Below are positions 58,814 to 64,000 of a stretch of DNA of 64,000 nt, piece after piece. The notes beneath the pieces were generated by a model that saw nothing but the letters and a program-made list of their open reading frames with translations, ran no database searches and was not told the DNA's origin. Position 1 is the first letter of the stretch. Every line of letters starts with the position of its first letter. The DNA is from a virus (lineage: Duplodnaviria; Caudoviricetes), in the IMG/VR virus record IMGVR_UViG_3300032007_000001, one strand, 5' to 3'. The translations under genes and the position numbers were made by a program.

Positions 58814-59437
58814 TTATTTAATGTCTCCCCAATCAACTTCTGGAGCTCCAGACTTATAATCATTTCCTTCTTCAGCCAATCCGGCGTGATTGAAGTCCAA
58901 TGCATCTTTCTTTCTATATTCACCCAATTGAATCTGCATAGAAATGATAGAAGCCTGTCTAGAAATGACATCCCCAATTGCTTTAAGGTTACCTATTACG
59001 TTTGTAATTTCAGTCCTGAATGCCTCTATTTTTCCAAGTTGAAGTACTAAATTTGGATATTTAAGCATTGCTTCACCTTGACGCTTGTCTGCTGATTTTT
59101 GATTGCTTACTAAATTATTTGCAGCATATAGCATATCCAGTGTGCGTTTTCTTACAGCATATTCATGTTCAACATCATTTAAGATTTCGCTCAAACGATT
59201 TTTATATTGTTGAACGTGGTCCATCGTCTCAAGCAATTGGAACGTTGTTGGATTTTCATATGTTTGAACATCCATTTCTTCCATTTCATCGTGATATTTT
59301 GATAAATCCAATTTTGGCAAAGTAGAAACAATATCATATACTATTGATTCTAATTCATTAAAATCACATGCTTTTTTTGCATGAACTTTATCGATATTGT
59401 CCATTTTGTCATAAAAATCCTGCCTGTCATTAGCCAT
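58814..59437 (-). CDS. Helical protein, possibly a recombination mediator (UvsY-like)
   Basis: 207-aa coiled-coil ORF directly after sbcC; function inferred from context only. Confidence 0.35.
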   Translation of the reverse strand: MANDRQDFYDKMDNIDKVHAKKACDFNELESIVYDIVSTLPKLDLSKYHDEMEEMDVQTYENPTTFQLLETMDHVQQYKNRLSEILNDVEHEYAVRKRTLDMLYAANNLVSNQKSADKRQGEAMLKYPNLVLQLGKIEAFRTEITNVIGNLKAIGDVISRQASIISMQIQLGEYRKKDALDFNHAGLAEEGNDYKSGAPEVDWGDIK

Positions 59438-59452
59438 AACCTACACTCTCCT

Positions 59453-61492
59453 TCATAATATTGAAATTTGAGACCCTTTTATTGGGTCTTTTTCTATGAG
59501 AACTTTTGTATTAAAAGAATCCTGAAGTTCTCTTATATGCGTAATGCACATAACTTGCTTAAATATTGTACTAATTTTATGAAGTGTATCAATAAATTTT
59601 TGTCTTGCTGATGAATCTTGTGAACCAAGCCCCTCGTCAACAATAAAGAAATCAATCGTAGCTCCGGCACGTTTTGTCAAAAACTTGGCCAATCCAATAT
59701 GACATGAAAAATCTATCCTGAATTTTTCGCCGCCAGAATACGTTTCATAACTTCTCACATTGTTTCCATCATGAACCATAACATCCAATGTGTCTATATC
59801 TTTTTTGTTTCCCTTTTTATCAGTTTCAAATTTGATAAAAATTGAATTGTCGCTAAGCAATTTTAATATATTGTTTATTTCTTTTTCAATTTCTGGCAAA
59901 TCTTTTTTAATAATACTTTTTTGAATTCCTTTTTTAGAAAAAGCTACACTGACACTATCATAATCACTAAATTGCACTTTCAATTCATTGAGCTGTTTAT
60001 TCAATGATTTCAATAAGACTTGATTCCTTGCAATATCTTCTATTTGAGAATTTGCAACAGCAATTGTTTGTTCATTATTTGAAATTCTTCTTCTATAATC
60101 ATTTATTTCATCTTTTATTTGACTATCATTGAATGTCTTTTCTTCTATTTCATCAATTTGTATAGAAATGTTTTCGTCATACTGTTGTTGATATGTAGTC
60201 AAATTTTCTTTCAAATATTTTATATCATTAATTAATTTTTCTTTTGTTCGTTTGTTGTTTTCATTTATTTGTTTTTTACCTTGTAAATCCTTTTTTCTTT
60301 CTGAAATTGATTTGCCAGATGAAGACAATTCTCTTCCTTGTTCGTTAAGATTTTCTATTTCTTCATTATTTGAAGCTATCTTAACGTTCTTTTTCTTGAA
60401 CATCTCTTTTAATTCGCTCAAGTGGTTTTGCTTATGAGTTGGAGTTATTTCGTTTCCACAAAAATCGCAAATTGATTTATTATATTTATCTAAATCATCA
60501 TATTTTGTTCTTATCTCTCTTTTATCTTTTTCAAAGAATTCATTTTCTGTTTTTAATTTACTTATTTGTTCTTTTATATGTGAAATTTCATCTTTTTTCT
60601 CATCAATTTCTTTTTGACAATTTTCTATTTCATTATCATAATCAATATCTTCTACGTTTATATTTTTTAATTTATCATTGCTTATTTTCAAACGTTCATT
60701 TATAGAATCTATATTGTTTTTTAATTGTCTTCTTTGATTTATAATCAACTGATTTTTACTAATCAAAGATTCATATTCTATTTTTTCTTTTGTGATTCTT
60801 TCAAGTTCTTTATTTAAGTCATTTAATTGTTCATTTAGTTCTTCATTTTCTTTTTGTTTTTCTTTTATTGAATTTTTAATTTCGTTAATATCATCATTTT
60901 TGTCAGAAGCAAAATTGATTTTTGAAGTTAAATCATCAATTGCATTTTTGATTTCTTTTCTTTTTTCTTTTGCTTCTTTTTCATAATTTTCGTATTTTTT
61001 AATATCCAAAATCTGTGCAAGCGTTTCTTTTCTTTCATTTGGTTTTTTATTCATAAACCTTGCAGACATACCTTGCCCAACGCAAACAGTATCAAGAAAA
61101 ACATCATAATCCAACTTAATGACATTATTGATTTTCTTTTGCGTTTCAAGAATTTTTTCTGTTTGGTCATTACCATCAATATAAAATTCTAATTCTCTTG
61201 CACCATCACGAAATTTCCTCGAAATAATTAAATATTCCGTTCCATTCATTTCAAAACAAAATTGAATTTCAAAATGATTGCAATCATTATTTATAACAGA
61301 ATCCATTCCAGTACCTTTATTGTCAGTACAAGAATTCCTATAATATAATGCTGTTGTTATCATTTCAATAATAGAACTTTTTCCAGCTCCATTTTCTCCA
61401 ATAAGACAAAACAAATTTCCGAATTTTTCAAAATCTATTTCTGCATCTAAATAAGAACGATAACCATGAATTTTTAAGTATTTTGGCAGCAT
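59453..61492 (-). CDS. sbcC: SbcC/Rad50/gp46-like ATPase
   Basis: GENGAGKS, CDFC zinc hook, YSGGE, IVDEG and ITH. Confidence 0.95.
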   Translation of the reverse strand: MLPKYLKIHGYRSYLDAEIDFEKFGNLFCLIGENGAGKSSIIEMITTALYYRNSCTDNKGTGMDSVINNDCNHFEIQFCFEMNGTEYLIISRKFRDGARELEFYIDGNDQTEKILETQKKINNVIKLDYDVFLDTVCVGQGMSARFMNKKPNERKETLAQILDIKKYENYEKEAKEKRKEIKNAIDDLTSKINFASDKNDDINEIKNSIKEKQKENEELNEQLNDLNKELERITKEKIEYESLISKNQLIINQRRQLKNNIDSINERLKISNDKLKNINVEDIDYDNEIENCQKEIDEKKDEISHIKEQISKLKTENEFFEKDKREIRTKYDDLDKYNKSICDFCGNEITPTHKQNHLSELKEMFKKKNVKIASNNEEIENLNEQGRELSSSGKSISERKKDLQGKKQINENNKRTKEKLINDIKYLKENLTTYQQQYDENISIQIDEIEEKTFNDSQIKDEINDYRRRISNNEQTIAVANSQIEDIARNQVLLKSLNKQLNELKVQFSDYDSVSVAFSKKGIQKSIIKKDLPEIEKEINNILKLLSDNSIFIKFETDKKGNKKDIDTLDVMVHDGNNVRSYETYSGGEKFRIDFSCHIGLAKFLTKRAGATIDFFIVDEGLGSQDSSARQKFIDTLHKISTIFKQVMCITHIRELQDSFNTKVLIEKDPIKGSQISIL

Positions 61493-61533
61493 AAAAACAC
61501 CTCTAATGTTATTCTATGAAAAAAAAAGAAACC

Positions 61534-62310
61534 TCAAATGAGGCCTCTCTTTTCAAAGTTTTTCTTAAATGCTTCATAGTTGATGTCTTTTAAAAGTGCA
61601 AATACTACATTTTCTATGGTTGACGTTGAAAAAACATCCAAGAATAAATTGCTTACTGTATTTGGGTCCTGTGCAAATACTCCACAACCGAAAGCTCCAA
61701 GTATAAGAGTTTTGACATTGTTATCTTCTGCTGCCAATTTAATCAATTGCATTCTTTCTTTTAATGCTTTATCGTTTTCTTCAATTGTGAAGTTATTGTA
61801 TTTCTTAGCCACAGACCAATTTGGAGCTGCGCAAACAATTACATCATATTGTTTTGTATCTTTGCCCTTAAAGAATCTAATATCTTTACAATATAACAAA
61901 CGATTCCCATATAATCCTTTGTTTTTATGTTCATTATTATAAGAATAAAACTTGATTTGATTGCTCAATACATTATAAAGATAAGATGCATGACATAATG
62001 CTTCTTCTTGAGCGTTTGAACCGTCAAGAAATCTTCCTCCTGGATTACGATAAGAAGCAAAATCCAAAATACAAGCATTTTCATGATTAAATGCTTCACT
62101 TACAGTATCATTAATTTCCAATGTAATATTTGGCTTTTTTGCATTTTGATTTTCGCTTGCCGTTCTACTATCGAATACATTATATAATCTAACTTTAGCG
62201 TCTTTTATCTCGTCGCCGTATTTTTCTATCATTTCTTCATTGTGTTTTTCTGCCTGTGCTTTTAATTTATCTTTTCTGGAATAATAATTCATTATTTTCA
62301 CCCTTTTCAA
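61534..62310 (-). CDS. TIGR02452-family microbial PARG-like ADP-ribosylhydrolase
   Basis: LDFASYRNPGGRFLDGSNAQEEALC, VIVCAAPN and LILGAFGCGVF. Confidence 0.88.
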   Translation of the reverse strand: MKRVKIMNYYSRKDKLKAQAEKHNEEMIEKYGDEIKDAKVRLYNVFDSRTASENQNAKKPNITLEINDTVSEAFNHENACILDFASYRNPGGRFLDGSNAQEEALCHASYLYNVLSNQIKFYSYNNEHKNKGLYGNRLLYCKDIRFFKGKDTKQYDVIVCAAPNWSVAKKYNNFTIEENDKALKERMQLIKLAAEDNNVKTLILGAFGCGVFAQDPNTVSNLFLDVFSTSTIENVVFALLKDINYEAFKKNFEKRGLI

Positions 62311-62702
62311 ATTTCGTTAAAATCATAATTATGCATCATATAATATGCTGGAAGATTAAAAAATCCAAGAGCATATATTTTTCTAGATACATTTAATTCT
62401 TCATCTTTTGACAATTTTGTCACAAATGGAGTATTATTTTGGTCTGTAAGAGACAAATTATCATTCTCATCAAAATGCAATCTCATATGAGTAAATGCAT
62501 ATTTATTGAAAATTTCCTTACCAATAAGATATTTTGCCGATTTTTTAGCGTTACCAATTCTTTGATACGTTAATCCGCTTCCAAAAATAAACGAATATAA
62601 ATCTTTTTTGTTCATTCGCTTCATGGCTGTTTTTAATTCGCCTTCAGAAGCAATTATACCATAATATACAAAACAATTACATTGAACTGGCTTCTTAAAC
62701 AT
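62307..62702 (-). CDS. Hypothetical protein
   Basis: 131-aa ORF coupled to both neighbours. Confidence 0.7.
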   Translation of the reverse strand: MFKKPVQCNCFVYYGIIASEGELKTAMKRMNKKDLYSFIFGSGLTYQRIGNAKKSAKYLIGKEIFNKYAFTHMRLHFDENDNLSLTDQNNTPFVTKLSKDEELNVSRKIYALGFFNLPAYYMMHNYDFNEI

Positions 62703-63837
62703 CTTCTATTTCCACCTTATTGACTATCTCTTTACATAATTTAATACGTTCATCCGAACGAGTTTGACCCTCATAATACTTTTCTATTGCCGAAAAAGTT
62801 GGCATCGAATTACTGATTTCATTATCTGTATTAACTTCATTTTTTATTTCATATCCTATTTTAAGCAAATATTGTATCTGTTTTTCTTCATAAAGATATG
62901 AAATAATCTTTTTTTCATTAATTTTAATATCATTATCCAATTTTAATTTAATTCTAACTATCGTATTTTTTAAGTTATGATTGGATAATTCATTAATAAT
63001 AATATCTTCTATCTTTTCAGCATCCGTTTCATTTGCAAAATCCATTTTTAATGTATAGAATTTTTGCGCAGAATTAATTGGTATTAACTTAAAATCTTCA
63101 ACTACATTATTGATAATTTCAAGATACACATACCCTTTTTCTTGTTTTTCTTCCGAAAAATCTATACGGTCAGCGCTTCCACAATAAAACATTAACGGGT
63201 CTTTATAAGAAAGTATTTGATGTTTATGAAGATGTCCAAGAATAACGGCTATGATATTTTTGTTTTCAAATATTTCTTTGTCTATTGCTGTTTCGTTATC
63301 AATAATATTCCAATCGTTCAAAAACGCATCTTTTATCGTTAAATGTCCAATAATAATATTATTTTTGTTTTCATCCAATTGATTGACACAATTGATTATT
63401 TCTTCTTTTGTATGATGTGTTGGAAGAAATACGAAATTATACGTTTCTTTTCCAAAAGTAACTTCTTTTTCTTTGAAAAAACGTGTTTGAATAATATTGG
63501 GAACTTCCAACGTATCAAACTGATGCAATCCTGACGAAAACGCATCCATTTTGGAAACGTCATGGTTTCCATCTAACACTAAAGTACATATATTATTATT
63601 GCTCAATTTTAAGAATGCTTCATTTACTTTATTGATAAGAGTTGGAGACATAAGACTCGTTTTGAACATATCTCCAGCAAAAACAACAACATCTATTTTC
63701 ATATCAATAGCATCATCTATGATTTTATTTAAGATTCTAATTGCTCTTGCTTCTCTTTGATAAATTCCTGTATTTGGGTCCAATTTGCAATAATTTTTTT
63801 GTCCGACATGCAAATCAGCAAAACATATTACTCTCAA
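62695..63837 (-). CDS. sbcD: SbcD/Mre11/gp47-like nuclease
   Basis: ADLHVG, AGDMF, GNHD, GHLH and YCGS..RIDFSE. Confidence 0.95.
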   Translation of the reverse strand: MRVICFADLHVGQKNYCKLDPNTGIYQREARAIRILNKIIDDAIDMKIDVVVFAGDMFKTSLMSPTLINKVNEAFLKLSNNNICTLVLDGNHDVSKMDAFSSGLHQFDTLEVPNIIQTRFFKEKEVTFGKETYNFVFLPTHHTKEEIINCVNQLDENKNNIIIGHLTIKDAFLNDWNIIDNETAIDKEIFENKNIIAVILGHLHKHQILSYKDPLMFYCGSADRIDFSEEKQEKGYVYLEIINNVVEDFKLIPINSAQKFYTLKMDFANETDAEKIEDIIINELSNHNLKNTIVRIKLKLDNDIKINEKKIISYLYEEKQIQYLLKIGYEIKNEVNTDNEISNSMPTFSAIEKYYEGQTRSDERIKLCKEIVNKVEIEDV

Positions 63838-64000
63838 TGTTTTTTAATTCCTTTCTTCTTTTTCTTTTCTACAGGTTCACCATTCATAATGCAATATGTA
63901 ACGCAAGCAGATATTGAGTCTGTTACATCATCATTAAATTCTTTTAAGAAATGACTTTTCCCAAAAATTTCGATGATTTTATCTGCAACCTCTTTTTTCA
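63834..64000 (-). CDS. RuvC-like Holliday junction resolvase, C-terminal part (runs off the window)
   Basis: Not in the ORF track. It reads KKEVADKIIEIFGKSHFLKEFNDDVTDSISACVTY...KKH*, matching the RuvC C-terminal K..V...DDxxD pattern, and its TGA overlaps the sbcD start. Confidence 0.6.
   Translation of the reverse strand, partial: KKEVADKIIEIFGKSHFLKEFNDDVTDSISACVTYCIMNGEPVEKKKKKGIKKH

Noticed and set aside
1-64000. Stop-codon reassignment
   Set aside because: Conserved genes are full length in the standard code, and both TAG (38444, 47959) and TGA (4969, 11132, 52020) act as real stops.
1-64000. CRISPR array, tRNA or rRNA genes, introns or inteins
   Set aside because: Intergenic gaps are short and explained by promoters and terminators. 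I saw no spaced repeats or cloverleafs, and the enzymes are normal length. This was by eye only.

Overview
This 64 kb window is an AT-rich segment of a large (probably jumbo) contractile-tailed phage. Strong GGAGGTG Shine-Dalgarno sites and extended -10 promoters suggest a Bacillota host. The standard genetic code fits. From left to right it holds: (1) the 3' part of an IS200/IS605-type tnpB with a decayed gene beside it; (2) a minus-strand baseplate/tail module (2.3-39.3 kb) with DUF4815-like, gpI-like, baseplate J, gp25-like, spike, LysM hub and tube-initiator-like genes plus an amidase; (3) a plus-strand early island with three paralogues and a UvsW-like helicase; (4) a detached receptor-binding-fibre locus with three copies of one N-terminal module, one of them an inverted deletion relic; (5) a radical SAM gene, a large propeller/Fn3 protein, dfr-pyrG-thyA, a gp32-like SSB, SbcCD with a PARG-like gene between the two subunits, and the end of a RuvC-like resolvase. 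The most striking structure is three tandem, roughly 2000-aa paralogous tape-measure-like proteins. They share a register-conserved core but carry different C-terminal peptidoglycan hydrolases, and terminators separate them. Beside them, short and long tail-chaperone paralogues may replace the usual G/GT frameshift. I saw no tRNA, rRNA, CRISPR array or reverse transcriptase. All product calls come from reading motifs by eye; no database searches were run.
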